Shown here piece after piece: positions 12,491-29,850 of a DNA stretch of 64,000 nucleotides. Under the pieces are notes generated by a model. That model searched no databases. It saw only the letters and a program-made list of their open reading frames with translations, and was not told where the DNA came from. Both the position numbers and the translations under genes were made by a program. Every line of letters begins with the position of its first letter. Positions within the stretch are counted from its first letter, which is position 1. The stretch spans positions 1,798,001 through 1,862,000 of the forward strand of contig CM039003.1 in the NCBI GenBank assembly GCA_017499595.2, read 5' to 3'. Origin of the DNA: Psilocybe cubensis (lineage: Eukaryota).

Positions 12491-14162
12491 ATTCACTGAT
12501 TTCGATGTATTTCTGGTGATGTCTGCTGAATTTAAGTTTTCAAATTTTATGCTCTTCTGGATTCGTGTCGTCGAAGGATTTTTGTTGGTATGTAGGATTT
12601 GGATATAAAACAATCAAGCCGGGTCCTGCAGTCGGAAAACGAGAGAAGTCAAAAAAGAATGTGGGCAGCCTTCGGTGAGGGCCAAAGAGTACAACGACGA
12701 CGACGACGAACGAAAGGGAAAGAAGAGAGAGAGTTGACAGAACAAGGCAACCGTTTTGGTTGACCGTTGCCATCATCATTGCTATCAAACTCGTGACCCA
12801 TTCCGCCAAAATATATCACTTTCCGTGCGACTTTGGTTTGATTTCCTAGAAAACAATCCATATAACGTGCCTAGTTTTCCGTTTATATCCGCAAATCAGG
12901 GTAAAGTTTCGCGAAATCGTGATGTTTTTCCGCGTTTTGACAGTGAGCCATATGATTCTCAATAAATAGCAACCGAGGCATAAATCCACCCTCCTGTGTG
13001 TCGTCAGCTTAATGTAACCAGGTGCCCAGTGGCAGGTTAAATTTTCATCGAGAAACTGGAGTTTTAGTTAAGAAATTGACCACTCACGAAAGGAACATAT
13101 AGATGTCAGCGGTTTGTCCATCCAACAAAACAAGGCATCGATAGAATACTCAGATCGACACGCTTCCTGCAAAGCCTGCTTGGTTCACTTTTTCAGTGGA
13201 TAAAGCCCACTTCGGAAACTATGTAACAGCATCTTTGAATCTATTAGGATTATCGTATACCTATCCACATGCTATAGATAATTATAAAGTCCCACTCGTC
13301 GCCCCTAAGGTCCTTTTTTCAGAGACGATCTTACGTAGCGCGCCTAGTGTGCGACCTTGCCGACGTCAGGGATATCTCTCTATGTATCCCTATTTCTCGC
13401 CTATTCGCTTCCTGAATGCCCTTGCAAGCATTTTGACAGGTAAAATACTTTTATCGCCTGATAACAATTCAGATGCCCTCAGTATTTCAGTGGGCGCTTA
13501 TTTTTAGGTTCAACATCCAACCCCATTTCGGGAAAGTAAAATGGGAGCCCTTATGGAATCAAAGACTCATTTATGGAATCTGGTATTTAATGTCGTTCTG
13601 TAGGATGACCCACCCAGATGTTCCCCGTTACACATATGTCGTACTCATAAAACCTGCGACAAACATTAAACAGGAACATCCGTCCAAAAAAAGACTGTTA
13701 TCTTTACATTTTCAAGTTCTATTGCAAGTATTCAGTTTGTGCGTATGTACTCCAACCATATATGTTATGACCCAAAATACCATTAAATCCCAATGTCCAG
13801 TGGCCGTATGGGGTTTTTAACAGCAAGAAGGGTCATAATAAATAAAGGATAGAATGCAGTTTCAATGCAGGGTCTCGGCGGAAACAAAAGTGAAAAAAAA
13901 AAGTTTCAAAAGAAGGACGTGGGGAAAGTAAAACAAGAAATTCAAAACGGAAGCAAAATTACAAATCCTGCAACGGAAAGCACGGGGTTAAAGAAAAATA
14001 TAGTCCATCGGAAAGCAAGGGTTAACACAATGTGCGATAACAAAAGGTATATCCAGGTATATCAAGAGACAATTCAAAAATTACAAGCAGATCTGAAGGT
14101 CAAGGTGAGATTGTATCCGGGGAGATTCAGGGGTTTCACGAAGCCTGTTCGGCTATTTACGT

Positions 14163-17100
14163 TCATTGTCCATATATGGACGGTTTTGAGAAGTTTCCGG
14201 CAGGCTGGGAGAAGACCTGTGGAATGGGAGGAAGCCAAAATGTCAGAGCACAGCAATGTGAAGAGTTAAAACAGAAAGAAAATATAATGTCGGGAAGACC
14301 CAAAGGAGAAAATGACGACAAACATATCATTTACGTACATGTGATGATGATCCGTTCGTTCTAAGATGCGTTGTGTCGTCCACCATCATACCGTGTCCAT
14401 GATGTGAGTGCGGTGATGATGAGGATGGCGGAGATCCTCCTACACGCGGTGCAACAGATGCCATATGGTGGAGTTCCTGCTCTCCCATACGCACTCTGTT
14501 GAACAATCGATTCATTTCATTGGCCTGGTCTCCAGCCTCTTCATATGCATAACTATACTGCTTCAAGCCTGCTATACAGTTCGCAACTTCGGGGCGCCCA
14601 AGTCTTGCCAACAAAGTCCCAGCAAGAATACAGCTGATATGCATAACTGCCGGATCCAATCGCTAGATAGGATGTTTAGCATCGCCATTTAAGTTGATAT
14701 ATGGATGGCGGAGTGCCAACTTACAAGGTACCCGTTCGATGTCAAGACCCCTGCGAGACCTGCAATACGCAGAGCACCATGCAATGCTTCGTCGGCTACT
14801 TTACGTTTCACATCATCGATGGCAGCATGATTGTGGGGTAGGTTTCCTCCCGCGTTGAGCTCTTTGATACCAAAGTCGTCTAGCGCGTTGAATAAAATGA
14901 TCCACATAACGTGATAAGTAGCATCACTAGCGCAGGACGATACGGCCTAAAATTGAACAAGGACAAATGAGACACATGGCGAGGGCTGTCAAGTAGAGTA
15001 CCCACGGAGACAAAATCCCATTCCCCCTCGAAATTACTCGGAACGCCGACGAGATTGAGATATTCCTCTCTCCATTCGGTCAGAGCCTTAGCGAAAGTGC
15101 ACAGGTTCTCAAATGAAATGCCATCAGAATCGGTGGCAGGTCTCCAAAGTTGTCGTGACATCTGGCGAGCTGTCCGCGCAAGAGAATGGGCGGCCCGATA
15201 ATATCCCTAATCATATATTTTGATTAAAGTCAATTCATTTCCGATGCCATCGAAGGTGACGGGATGTTTAAGACATACCAGAAACTGTAGAGAAAAAGGC
15301 GGCGACGGCACATTCAATCATACAAAACTAATTGACACAGCTGAAAGGAGTTTTCGTACCTCTAATTGTTCCCTGGGAGATGGCATTGGGGCTTGTCCGT
15401 CGGATACTTCCATGTTGACCGGGTCAACAGTGTAGAAGTCAATATCGTAATCATCATCATCCAGAACAGGTTTTCTTCGATAATAAGCTGAGGCGTATGC
15501 ATCACTGATACAAGTCATCCACCAGGCAAAGATCATAGTTCCACGACTTTCTGGATCCTGTATGTTCGCCATCACTGATTTATGATTGATCTATTTAAGT
15601 GGCATAAGAGTTAATATGTGATCGTTAATTCATAGTTGACGGATAGGTGAGAGACTAAGGAAAATAATAAGAGAGACTCACACCGAGATCAAGCAAATGG
15701 CGCGTTGCCGAAGTTAGCCAAAATCCGTGGAACCCTATTAACCTATTAGACATAAAAAAGCACTTCTTTTCGGATAATTAAATTACCAAGTGGGTCTTCA
15801 GGGTTTTCTGAGAGAAAAACCAGATTAGAAATAGTGATACAGAACAATTGGTTAGAAAATAACTGACGATTTTGAAGTGGTTCAAGTAACAAAGAAATGA
15901 CCACATGGTCTGATGAAGGAATACGATGGACTTTCAAAGCTTCCGCAAGGTCTCGCGCTCGATCGATGAGGGTTTTTGCCAACAAGCTTTGCCCACCAGG
16001 CCGTCGGCGGTCAGCAACTAGAAGAGGATGCTCCGAGAATTTGGTACCCCACGCAAGCACAGTGGCTACTAAAGCAGGATGCAGAGGCGGAGTGTTGCTC
16101 GAAACAGCTGAACCTTGCAGCTGAAGACGTGTCCGGAACTGTTCGGGATTAAGGAGGGGAAGACGCGTATGTACTATCTGAAAGAAGACTTCCACGAGGT
16201 CCAACGCAAACCTGGAGAAAGAAAATGAGGGAATTGGTTGTCAGATGTAGATACACTGTGTGGACGAAAATTAGGCAATAAAGTCAGATCATTGTGCGAG
16301 ATGTAGAGCAGAGTATAACCTCTCACCAAGAAGAACAATAAATCCTCGGAGAGCAGCGTAACAAAATCTAACTGTGAGAAAGATGAACGTACTCTGATCT
16401 GAATTTCGCATCTTCTAATTTGAAGGCCATATCGCCCCAAATATCATATTTTGAACCGCCTTGCGATGGTGAAGAAGACATGGAGCTGCTGTATGTGTCG
16501 ATGAGCAGACAGCAGAGTCGTGTGCGTAGAATGCATACCCTGGTTGGTCAGGCGGAGCAAACACAAACTTAAGGACGTCGTGTGTAGGTGTCGACAAGGT
16601 CAGTGGCGGAAAAAAACCGTACCGCACCATAAGGGGTTGGTTCTGTTGTGTCATTGTGGATGGGGAAGATGGGGCATCAGGACCGGGAGATGCACTGTGA
16701 AACACCGTCAACGGGGATTGAAGCCGAGGCAAACAGCCAGAAGGACGAACTATTTTGGAGGAGTATGGGTAGATGAACTGCTGATAAATGGTCAACAAAA
16801 AATTCCTCCGACCTTGAATAGAGATGTTCATCGCGGAATGCGACGGCTCCGTTACAAAGGCCGTAAGAAGAGTTTTACATACTTTGCACCAGCAGAACTC
16901 AGATTTCGGGGCCGGCGACTAGTTGCAGAGCTGCGTTTCTTTTCGCTAGTTGCCTGTTGAACAAAATGTCTGACTGAAATTTAGCACGAACAACCAACGC
17001 AGATCTGGGAAGTGCGTACGTGCAGGCATAGTTCTTGGACAGACAATGCTTCACAGGACTCGATAAGCTCTCGGCATGATCAAATGATGATATGAGAAAT

Positions 17101-17339
17101 TACCTGACACTGAAAGAAATCAAAGATGGTCAGTCCAGTAATTGATAAACACAACAAACAGACGCACCTTGTCCTGGCCAGGCAGACGATTGCACTTGAC
17201 TTTGCGCGCCCTACGGAAAGCATAAGGGATGGGAGAGTGAACGAAGGAAGAAAAGTGGGCACCTGCAGGCATCGCAAGCAGTATTTTGTTTCCGTGGAGG
17301 TGGGAGTGTTTTTGCCAGTTCGTGGATCTGATTCTGCAT
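14163..17339 (-). CDS. Zn(II)2Cys6 fungal transcription factor with middle homology region (multi-exon)
   Basis: Spliced zinc cluster KQNTACDACR|ARKVKCNRLPGQDK|CQ|HCLSKNYAC; MHR-like exons DLVEVFFQIVHTRLPLLNP and FAWWMTCISDAYASAYYRRKPVLDDDDYDID. The 3' end is 14327 if unspliced, or 14163 via a last intron. Confidence 0.85.
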
Positions 17340-17692
17340 GGAGGGTGTGGGCAAGACAAGACCTAGAAATGTGGGCGTCAATGGGATAGATGGGGCCGAC
17401 GAGGGAAGTAAAACGGACCTTGCTGCTGGTTGGGATAGTGGATGTCGTGCTGCATCGGTGACAGACTCGGGGCAGAGATTAGCTCTGTTCAGGTATATAT
17501 AGGATGATGAATGGACAAGGCCAAGCACAAGCAAAGCAAACCCACTGAGAACACAATCTGCTACTTTTCATTATCTAAGCAACTATCTCCGGATCCGACG
17601 TCCGTGACCCTGCATACCGGTACCGACTTGTCACGCTCCCACATCACCCATTTTCGGTCACACTCCTCACACCTCAGGCCTCACACATCATC

Positions 17693-18203
17693 ATGGTCAA
17701 AGTTCAAATTGTCGAGGAGAAGGAGTCCAACTCCCCCTATGCTTCCTCCTCGTCGTCCAGGTCGTCCAGCTCCGTCTCGCTCTCCTCTGTAGAGTCCGAC
17801 GTCTCTGTTGACGAGTCCTTTTTCGACCGTGTCGCTGCCCTCAAAGACATCGTTCCTCCGACGACGCGGCACAGTATCGCCACCCGTATTTCAAAGACCG
17901 CCTCTTTCGTCAAGAAGAGCTCAAAAGTGATTGGCAACATTGTCTGGGTCATCACAACTTCCGCCCTCCTCGTCGGGCTCCCCCTTGCCCTTGTCGTCGA
18001 AGACGAAGCCAAGGCCGTAGCGCAGGAGAAGGAGATGCTCGAGCAGCAGCAAGGCGCCCAACAGGTCGGCTTCTCCTCCTCTTTCCCATGAGTTTATTTG
18101 TTGACCCTCTGCTTCTTTCCAGATGATGGCCCCTTCTCTCTACCCCTCACAGCCAGGAGCGGAGTCCGGACAGCCAAAAGGGCTCGTGCCGCCAGGATTC
18201 TAA
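17693..18203 (+). CDS. TOM22: Mitochondrial import receptor Tom22
   Basis: Acidic N-terminus, ESFFDRVAALKDIVPPTTR, TM segment IVWVITTSALLVGLPLAL; one intron 18064-18122; ends GLVPPGF*. Confidence 0.9.
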
Positions 18204-18489
18204 AGTCGCTTTCGCAAGACGCCGATTTTGTCCTACTTATATACTGTCTTATTTTACTCCCAACACCTGTATTCAGTTCTCATGACTGCTCATCTGGGTT
18301 ATCCCCAGCACTCCCATCTCTTTTTGACGACCATGTGCCGTCGGTTCGAGTGTGAGACCCGCGCTGCCACGTCCTAAATGTTTACTGCTGCGCAACTTTT
18401 TTTCATGACTTGCGTATCTCAGGAACGGCACTCAAGTTACTTGAATATAAAACTCTATTTATAAGTGCGCCCTTTTCTACTTACTCGTA

Positions 18490-20045
18490 TTAATACTCGT
18501 CAGCCTTCAAATAACGAAAACGCCCATGTCAGTAAAATCATCACCCATTTTTCGTAAGCGGACTTACAGCGACAGCCCTCGGGCGGGTTGGGAACACGGT
18601 GGGTCGAACGAAATTGTCCCTGATACGTTGTCAGCTGCCGAACGGCACAATTTAGCGTGTTAAATCCACTCACGCTGAACGATAACGGCGCAGATATGTG
18701 ATCGCATGAGCCTCTATTTCTGACGGCTCGACACCAACCGCCTCCCAGTCTCCGGGAGTATCCGCATCGTCAATATATCTTCTTGTTACCTCGTCAGGGC
18801 TAAGAGTGGGCCACCACACATTTTGCCCGAGTTTGGCGAGCAAGTTGGCGAGTGCTTTGGGGACCACAGGTGCACGAGAAGGAGGTTGCAGTGTCACGGA
18901 AGTAACGAGGTCCAAAAGATATTCGTACGACAAGGTGGACGGGCCGGGGAGGTTCAGTGTTTTCGAATATTGAGGGTGGGTCAACAGATTGACCAATGCT
19001 TGAGCAACATCGAATACCTGATCCAAACAGAAAATTCAGAAGGGCTTCATGGTTGACATTCTAGTAAATCGCACTCACATGAACAGGTCTTATTTTAGTT
19101 TGACCGTGGTTCAACTTCCACCAGATGGGCCAGACTAAAGTAGAATTTTGTCAGAATGAACGGTGACGCAAACGCAAGCAATTCCATCAACATACCCGCC
19201 ATGTTGGTCAAAAGTTTGTCTTCATAACCAAACATCGGACCCGGGCGCACTATGGTGGCCGAGGGGAAAGCAGCCTTAACTAGTTCTTCACCCTCAGCTT
19301 TGGCTTGATAGAATTTGGACTTCGAGTCTTTGGAGGCGTCCAGGTGGGACACATGGATAAATTGTGATACACCACATTCCGCAGCCAGCTTTGCGATCCT
19401 CTCCGGACCTACAGCATTCACAGAGCGAAAATCGAAATTTCTAATAGAAGTTATTTACGTTTGACAAGGTGAAGGAAAGGGGGAATAAGGAGGCTTACTT
19501 GGTCTCATATTCCCGGCCAACAAGATTGTATACGGTATCAGAGTGCCGCAGACACTCTGCAATGGACTTCTCATCTCGGATATCCCATTCCTGGAGGACG
19601 AAGTATTCAAGTCCTATTGATTTTCCAAAAAAAGAAAATAGCGAACCATTCTAACAATCTGTCCAAGATCCCCCATAGGCTTCAAGAATCGCGCTTCATC
19701 CTCCTCGCGGTACGGTACAATGACCTGAGAGCCCGTTTTGCCTGCAGAGGGTCAGCTAGCTCCGCGTAAAGAATGGCCTAACAACGCACCGAGTTTCGAT
19801 ACAACGTATCTTCCCAGAAATCCAGTGCACCCAAAAACGGTGACACGATGGCCAGAGACTCCGCTGTAGCCAGGAGGTCCAGAAGATACGATGGGTTTGT
19901 TACCTGGCAAAGTTACAAGATCATGGTACGCGCGCTGGGTGATAGGTCAGTTTAGTGTTAAAAAGAATGTTGTTTTCTGTATACATACCTTTCCTATCAC
20001 AACCGTGCGCTGGAGACGCAGCATTGTGGGCGTGGTGGTCAACAT
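18490..20045 (-). CDS. NDUFA9: NADH:ubiquinone oxidoreductase 39/40-kDa subunit (atypical SDR fold)
   Basis: SGHRVTVFGCTGFLGRYVVSKL, PMGDLGQIV, FIHVSHL, ATIVRPGPMFGYEDKLL; multi-exon. Start is 20045 or in-frame 20024. Confidence 0.92.
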
Positions 20046-20241
20046 CCCTAGCCCGTCCTTCAATCAGTCTGTTGAGAGCAAGTCGGTCAAGGGCGGGAGG
20101 TAGACGTTCACAGGTTCACGTGATCTGTTAGCATTTACTGTACGTCGCGATCGTCACATTGATGCAAAGGCTTTCCAACTTGATCCAACTCTTCCTCAAC
20201 TCTTCGGCTGCTTAGATCTTATTGTTTGATTCTTTTCTAAC

Positions 20242-20556
20242 ATGGTGCAAGGAAAAACGAAAGGCTTGACTGCAAAAGCTGCAAACTCGAGACAGGCTGC
20301 AAAAGCGGCTGCCAATACGAAGAAGGGGAAACGTTCTATCGCTCCCAAAAAACCATTGTTGGTGAAGCAAGCGGCGATGCATAAGGTTCGTAGTGGGGGA
20401 AAACAACTGACTAAACCCTCCGAGTCTTGCCCAAATAACTTTCATTCTCTGTAGGAGCTAACGGCAAAAATCAACAAATCAATTGAGCAACAGATGGTGT
20501 CGGCTGCTTCTTCTGGCCCACTGACTATCATGAAAAACACTGCTCCCCAAACGTGA
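20242..20556 (+). CDS. UPF0390/DUF2462 small basic protein (C19orf53-like)
   Basis: MVQGKTKG...KKGKRSIAPKK...MHK|ELTAKINKSIEQQMVSAASSGPLTIMK; intron 20386-20454. The exact 3' end is uncertain. Confidence 0.75.
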
Positions 20557-21563
20557 GTATTCAATTCTTTGGTGATACTCAAAATCAACTTAAAATTCCG
20601 ATAATAGTAGTTCTGGTTCTTCAAAGACGAAAAGTAAGACCGGTAAATGACATTGAGCGGTGTACATTTCATGTCTTCCAAACGTATGGGTCTGTCAATT
20701 ATGGTTTCTGTTCATCATATGTTTTCATTAATTTCTGACTCAATAAAACTTGCCAGGTTGTATGATTCTCTTCATTTGTGAATGACAGCAATGTCCCGTC
20801 CAAGCGCTTGGTCCCAAGATCTAATTCCTTTGCTATAACCTTCATGACCCTGATCACCTAAAATACAACACATTGGCCATCTATTGGGGAAGGAAGAGGA
20901 GGTTCCATGGCAAGCCAGAATGTGAATCTATCCGTAACATATTTTTGGCGCTTTTTGGCCACCAATTGTCACACATCGGAAATGAGATTTCATATCCCAT
21001 AAACACACACGCCAGTCAAGTGACTCATTTCCCTACACCCGAAGTCCTCGCATATTCGCCTGACTAGGTTTTTTGGTGTCCAACTCCAAACCAGGGTAAG
21101 CTGTATTTGTATTCACAAACGGATGGTTCGGTTCATGCTACTGGATATAACGTATTACTACTAGACCACAGTCATTGAAACAACGCACTATCCCTGAAAA
21201 TTTCTCCGTTTTGATTCTTAATCCAAATCAATACGGTGGGGCAATGCATTTGAAACTAAATTTTATCACACGGAAGATGTAATTCAAAAACACACTCTTC
21301 AGAGAGTTAATTATCTGTTATCGCTGTCACCTGGGCAGATCCTCGCTACAGAGGGAGTTGAGTTGTGGGTCATGAACCGGTAACGACGGACCGGATTCTG
21401 ATAGTATATCACGTGATACATAATACATTTTGATTCCAATTGTCTTGAGTCCTTGACCTTGAACAAAGTCTAAGCTCATTGCCTGCCTAAACACTGGAGG
21501 TACGACTTCCTAACGTTTATTGCTCATATCGCATTATCCCAATGATAAAGTCATTCTATTAGA

Positions 21564-23791
21564 ATGCCTCGTAGACGTGTTCCCAAGGGCCGTGACGGTG
21601 GATCGAAGCCGAAGGCTTTTAAAAAGTCTGACAGCAAAGTGAAAAAATGGAATACACGAGATGATATCCCAATGGATGAGGAGGATCAATGTGAGCTTAC
21701 TGCTAGATTTTGTAACTCTAATCATACTTACAAGACGCGTCATTACACAAAGTTCATTCAAATAAGGACAAAATCCTACTTGAAGGAGATGGCGATGACC
21801 ATTTCGACAGTGATGAAGACGACGACGAAGTCTTTGCTCTGAAGGGTATAGAAAGTGACTCAGATGATGATGTTGACAACCTCGAAGATGAAGCAGAATT
21901 TGCAGCACATGAGGAGCCTGTTGTGGAGAAAAAGAAGGCAAGCAAGACGAAGAAAAAGAAAAAGAAAGCTTTGGAAGATAGCGACAAATCTGAGGAAGAG
22001 GAGGAGGAGAGCTGGGGAAAGGGTCGTGGAGCTTATTACGCGTCCAATGCATATGAGCTCGAATCAGACGACGAGGAAGGGAACGAATTGGAAGAACAAG
22101 AAGCCAAACGTCTTCAAAAAAAGACTCGTGAAGAATTAAAAGACGACGACTTTGGACTGGACGACAAACCTGAAGTAGAAAAACGGAATGAAACAGAGTA
22201 AGCTGTTCGTGTTCGCCTTAGAATTATTACGGTCTTAATACTGTTTACAAGGGATATACTTGAACCTGCACCTTCCATCCTCCCTTCAATTGGCACGGAC
22301 AAAAAATCTCTTCTGCGCCATCTGGAGAAGACAAGTCCCGAGGCATTAGCCCTTGCACGCGACTGGGACGAAACAGCAAGGAACCTTCAGAAGACACGCG
22401 ACAAAATTACAAAGTGGGCACCTTTCCGAAATTTATGGGCGTTGAATCTAATGTTCACAATCGGAATAGACTGGAAGCTGAAGATCCTGACACACTCAGC
22501 CTAGGAATGATTCATTTGCACTATCGTGAGTTCCAAAGCTTCAGTGAACAGAATATTTTCTGATTCTTTAAATACAGAGGCACTGCTATCGTATAGCACA
22601 ACTCTGGCTTTCTATCTTCACTTACGATCTTCCGCGAAGTACTCACAACGTCCTGCACTATTACAATCACATCCAATCCTACAACGCTTACTTACCTTAA
22701 AGCAGTCTCTCCAAACTCTAGAGGACTTGGACTTCGCTGCCTCAGATTCTGAGGAAGACGAGGACGAGGATGAGGATTATTCCGGAATGGACATGGATCA
22801 AATTCTGGCCGATGGCGAAAAGATTTGGCGCATGGACGATGGTGAAGAAGACCTCGATCCAGACGAACTTGCCGACCTTATCAAGGATGCTGAAGCTGTT
22901 CAGATATCCGAACAGAAGGTTAACAAGCCACCGAAGAAAAAAAGAAAGACCGTCGAAAAAGATAAAGATACAGAACCTAAAATTGTTACTCCGATCTTTG
23001 ACTTGGTCGAGCCACAGTTCACGACCTCCAAAACTTCCTCGACTCGCCGACAGTCTGCCGCTGACGCTGTTGACGCATATGGCGAAGACCTTTCTCTACA
23101 CTCTGTGGATGCTGCCGATAAAACCGCTAGGAAAAAATCCCTTCGTTTCCATACGAACAAGATTGAAAGTGCTAGTGCTAGACGGCAAGGAGCCAGAAAT
23201 GCAGCATCTGGAGGAGACGATGATATCCCATATCGGGAAAGGAAGAAAGAGAAAGATGCACGTCTTGTTCGCGAGGCGGCTATCAGAGCTAATAATCAGG
23301 TCGGCGCTGCGTTAGATGATGAAGACTCAGAACCTCAAGTTGGCGAAAAACGATCTAGAGATGATGATGATGGTAATGATAGTCCTGACGACTACTATGA
23401 GTTAGTTAAAAAGCGCACCAAGGAGGAAAAATCAAAGAAAAAGGCCGTGTACGAAGAGGCCCATGGTTTGGCCAGGTATGTTTATCACTTTGTTTCAAAA
23501 CCCAAAAACCGTAACTCAACTGGTTTCAGAGTACCACTCGACGATACAGAAGGAGCAGGAGGTCCTCGCTCCCTTACTCGGGCAATCCTTACCAACAGAG
23601 GTCTCACCCCTCATCGTCCAAAGAGTGTTCGCAATCCTCGCGTCAAGAAAAGGGAGAAATACGAAAAGGCCAAGAAAAAGCTCGCATCTCAAAAAGCTGT
23701 GTACAAAGGGGGCCTGGCAGAATCAGGTGGGAAATACGATGGAGAGAAATCTGGTATCAGCAAGGTCGTCAAAAGTGTTCGGTTGGGTTAA
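21564..23791 (+). CDS. SAS10: Sas10/Utp3 small-subunit processome component
   Basis: Acidic N-terminus (WGKGRGAYY, EEQEAKRLQK), central LAFYLHLR...HPILQRLLTLKQ, and C-terminal Sas10 domain RSLTRAILTNRGLTPHRPKSVRNPRVKKREKYEKA...YDGEKSGISKVVKSVRLG*. Confidence 0.92.
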
Positions 23792-23956
23792 TATCCTCGT
23801 CATTTATTGCTTCTGGGCCCATGTATATTTTCCACACCTTCATTCCTATTCTGTATAATATTAGTGAACTCGAGTTCGTTGGGTTCCATCTCGGTGTCGT
23901 GATCACAGTGCATTATAAAAATAGGAAGGATGGTATATATGAGGTAGAGGGCAGCA

Positions 23957-25067
23957 TTACCACTTTGGTCGCCGTGCAGCTTGCTTTGCATGAAGAGTAT
24001 TCTTGCCCCTTGCTCCACGAACGGATTGCAGATCTTCGAACTTCTTTTTGGCGTAACGCTTGGCCTCTGCGTCGTCCACCAACTCGTCCACAAGAGTTCT
24101 CTTACGATTAGCACGAGTGAGATTATCGCCACTGGGCGTCCCAAATGGCGTTTTAGAAGGCAATATAGTGCCAATCTGAACCATCGACATTTTATTAAAT
24201 TTGACGAATCAGAAATTGTTAAAGTTTGAAATCGTACCGCAAAATATTTTGGAAGGCCTTTGATACCTTTGCCTTCACCTTCATCTTTCTTGTAAAAGCG
24301 TTTGGGGTCGAGTTGGTTCCGTAAACGCAGCGCTTCAACTTCACGATACAGGCGTGGAAGGTCTGCTTCAGATGGTGCGGGAAGGTCAAACCAATCTGGA
24401 CCAGCTGTTTTATTCTTTATCTAGTTTATCAAGCGTCAGGTCGGAGTGCTTAAGTTGAAAAAGAGGAAAGTACCTGTTTTCTCTCCTTTTTCGTGAGCGG
24501 CTTTCCTGATTTCGAAAGTTCTGCTGGGGGTAATGGGGGAGCAGGGACCGACATTGAGGCAGTTGCTTTCTCGGTGCGTTCAACTTCTGGGTCTCGTATG
24601 GATGATGGACCGTCGAATCTGGTCTCTCCCAATTGTATGTAAGGGGCAGGAAGCTTTCCTGGATTTAATTTTGGCAAAGGTCTAGTAACCTGTAAGCGAA
24701 GCGTCTCTCTAAGGGTCTGACTTTACTTACATCTGCATTTCGTCGTCGAGTGTGATGACTTCTTCTTCTTTCCCCGTCTCATCCGATATGGCCTGTGAAC
24801 GCTTTTCGGCATCCTCTGCATTCTTACGTGCCTTTTCAAAGAGTAAATTGAGATATTCTTGTGTGATTGGTTCCTCGTCTTCAGAAGAATCTGAATCTGA
24901 ATCTGAGGTTACGCTCGAAGAAGACGAAATATCTGAGTCAGATTCCTCAGAAACTTCCTCTTCCTCCTCTACAGTCAGGTCTAATCAGATTGTCAATATG
25001 ATAAACTTTGCAACGCATTGATTAACGCACCAATAGCTTTTTCTTTTCCCTTTGCGTTAACGTTCAT
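23957..25067 (-). CDS. FCF2: Fcf2 pre-rRNA processing protein
   Basis: TAGPDWFDLPAP...REVEALRLRNQLDPKRFYKKD...LPKYFA|IGTIL...RKRTLVDELVDD; multi-exon. Confidence 0.88.
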
Positions 25068-25216
25068 GATGTTTTTTTACAAGGATGATGGTCCCAAAGT
25101 GGCAATTTATAAATTGATTGACCGTTCGGACCGTGAACTGAAATTACCACCTCCGACTCCGAGCGCACTGGTGACTAGACGCGTCCCGACACCAACACCC
25201 TCTTCTACCTCCAACT

Positions 25217-26240
25217 ATGCTGAGAACCGCAATTCGAGTGAGAATAGGGCGACCTGCCTCATCAACTCGGTTCAATCACTCCTTAGGATCTCAGCAGCAG
25301 AGCAGCAGTCCACAGCCTGGTGGTGGCGCTGACGCGAAGCCTAAAACCGTGTCATTTGGTTTCAAAACGGTCCCTGAAGACCTCAAAGAAACTCTTGTTA
25401 AAAATGTATTCGACTCAGTCGCCTCGAAATACGACCTGATGAACGATGCTACGTCTTTCGGTGTTCATAGGTTGTGGAAAGACTCTTTTGTGTCGTCCCT
25501 GAGGCCTGGCCGAAAGGGACCTTTGAAATGTATAGATGTGGCTGGTGGAACGGGCGACATCGCACTTCGAATTTTGGACTACGCCAAAGACAACTATTAC
25601 GACAGGGAGACCACTGTGGATGTCGTGGATATCAATGCTCAAATGTTGAAGGAAGGTTACCGGAGATTCAAGCAAACTATGTATCACAATAGTGAGTGAC
25701 TGCCGCGCTACTATTCTATCCTTTATCAACCGTAACCCTTCTAGCACCACAGATATCTTTTCATGAATCAAATGCCCAGGATCTGGGTGCAGAAAAATTC
25801 AAAGATAACACATATGACCTATATACAATTGCTTTTGGGATTCGCAATTGCACCGATATCCCAGCTGTATTACGCGAAGCATACCGTGTCTTGAAGCCAG
25901 GAGGGACTTTTGCTTGCCTCGAGTTCAGCAAAGTGAACAACCCTCTATTGAGCACGTTAGTGCATTCATTGCTTTCCTAACCATCTTCTGACAGCAAGCT
26001 CTTCATAGGTTATATGATCAGTATTCATTTACTGTCATCCCTTTACTTGGCACCATTCTGGCAGGAGATCGTGACTCATATCAATACTTGGTGGAGTCTA
26101 TCCGCAAGTTTCCTCCTCAACAAGAATTTGCTCAAATGATCAGAGATGCTGGGTTTTCCACTGGGAAAGACGCTGACGGAGGAGCCTGGACAGATCAGTG
26201 GGGTGGTATTGCATGCGTTCATACCGGTGTTAAGCTATAG
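25217..26240 (+). CDS. COQ5: UbiE/Coq5 C-methyltransferase of ubiquinone biosynthesis
   Basis: [28 protein letters not shown] motif [44 protein letters not shown]; two introns. Confidence 0.95.
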
Positions 26241-26431
26241 AATAATTTATCCACTCCATCCATCTTCTATATGCCGCAGTGTAATATTTAATGCTCATGG
26301 CAAGTTGAAGTTGTCGTCGAGGTTCTCAAATATCAGTTTACTATCCTCCGTTCCAAATTAGTTTCACTTTGTTTGGCCGATCACTATTAGGCCGCGGTCC
26401 GCGCTTGTATTAGTCCTCTCTCTTGACCATC

Positions 26432-29217
<2,786 letters not shown>

Positions 29218-29850
29218 CCCTTTCTTTCTTTTTTTACGTTTTCGTCATTCTGTAGCATATTGTTCATGTCGTCGTTCTTTGCATGCTGTATATATATTGG
29301 TTTCGTGAGTCACGTTATGCCCTTTTCTGACAAATTGCTCTCGGGATAGCATCGTAGATGGGAACTGAATTATTTAGGGTCTCGTCTGAGAATAACTGGC
29401 CTCTTTCGATGTGGCGCTTCCTCGACAATCCAGGGCACGGAGCCTGCTCACTCCGGGTATAATGAAATTTCGGCCACTGGATGCCATACCCTCCAATTGT
29501 TATTCCAGTCCTTCGCAAGAGACTGCAGACTGTATGTTCCACAAACATATCTTTTCTATGTTTTATTAAGCATGCAACCCCACAGCTTCCCTGGTTGCAG
29601 AATTCGCCACTCGCCACTCTGGAAAATGCCGTGACAGCTTACGGCCTGTGTGAGAAGGGCGCTCTTGGGTATTGAAGCCGAGGCTTCCCCATAACTGCTC
29701 ACCACCTACTATGGGATTCTTTTCTGCCACAATTCTGCCATACTCACAAGGCCGACTGCAGTAACCTATATATGTCTTGAAATCGAGAACTGTATGGGAC
29801 TCTCCCTTCCCCCGCATTCTCGCCACCCCAAACTCTCCTTCCCTTGAACG

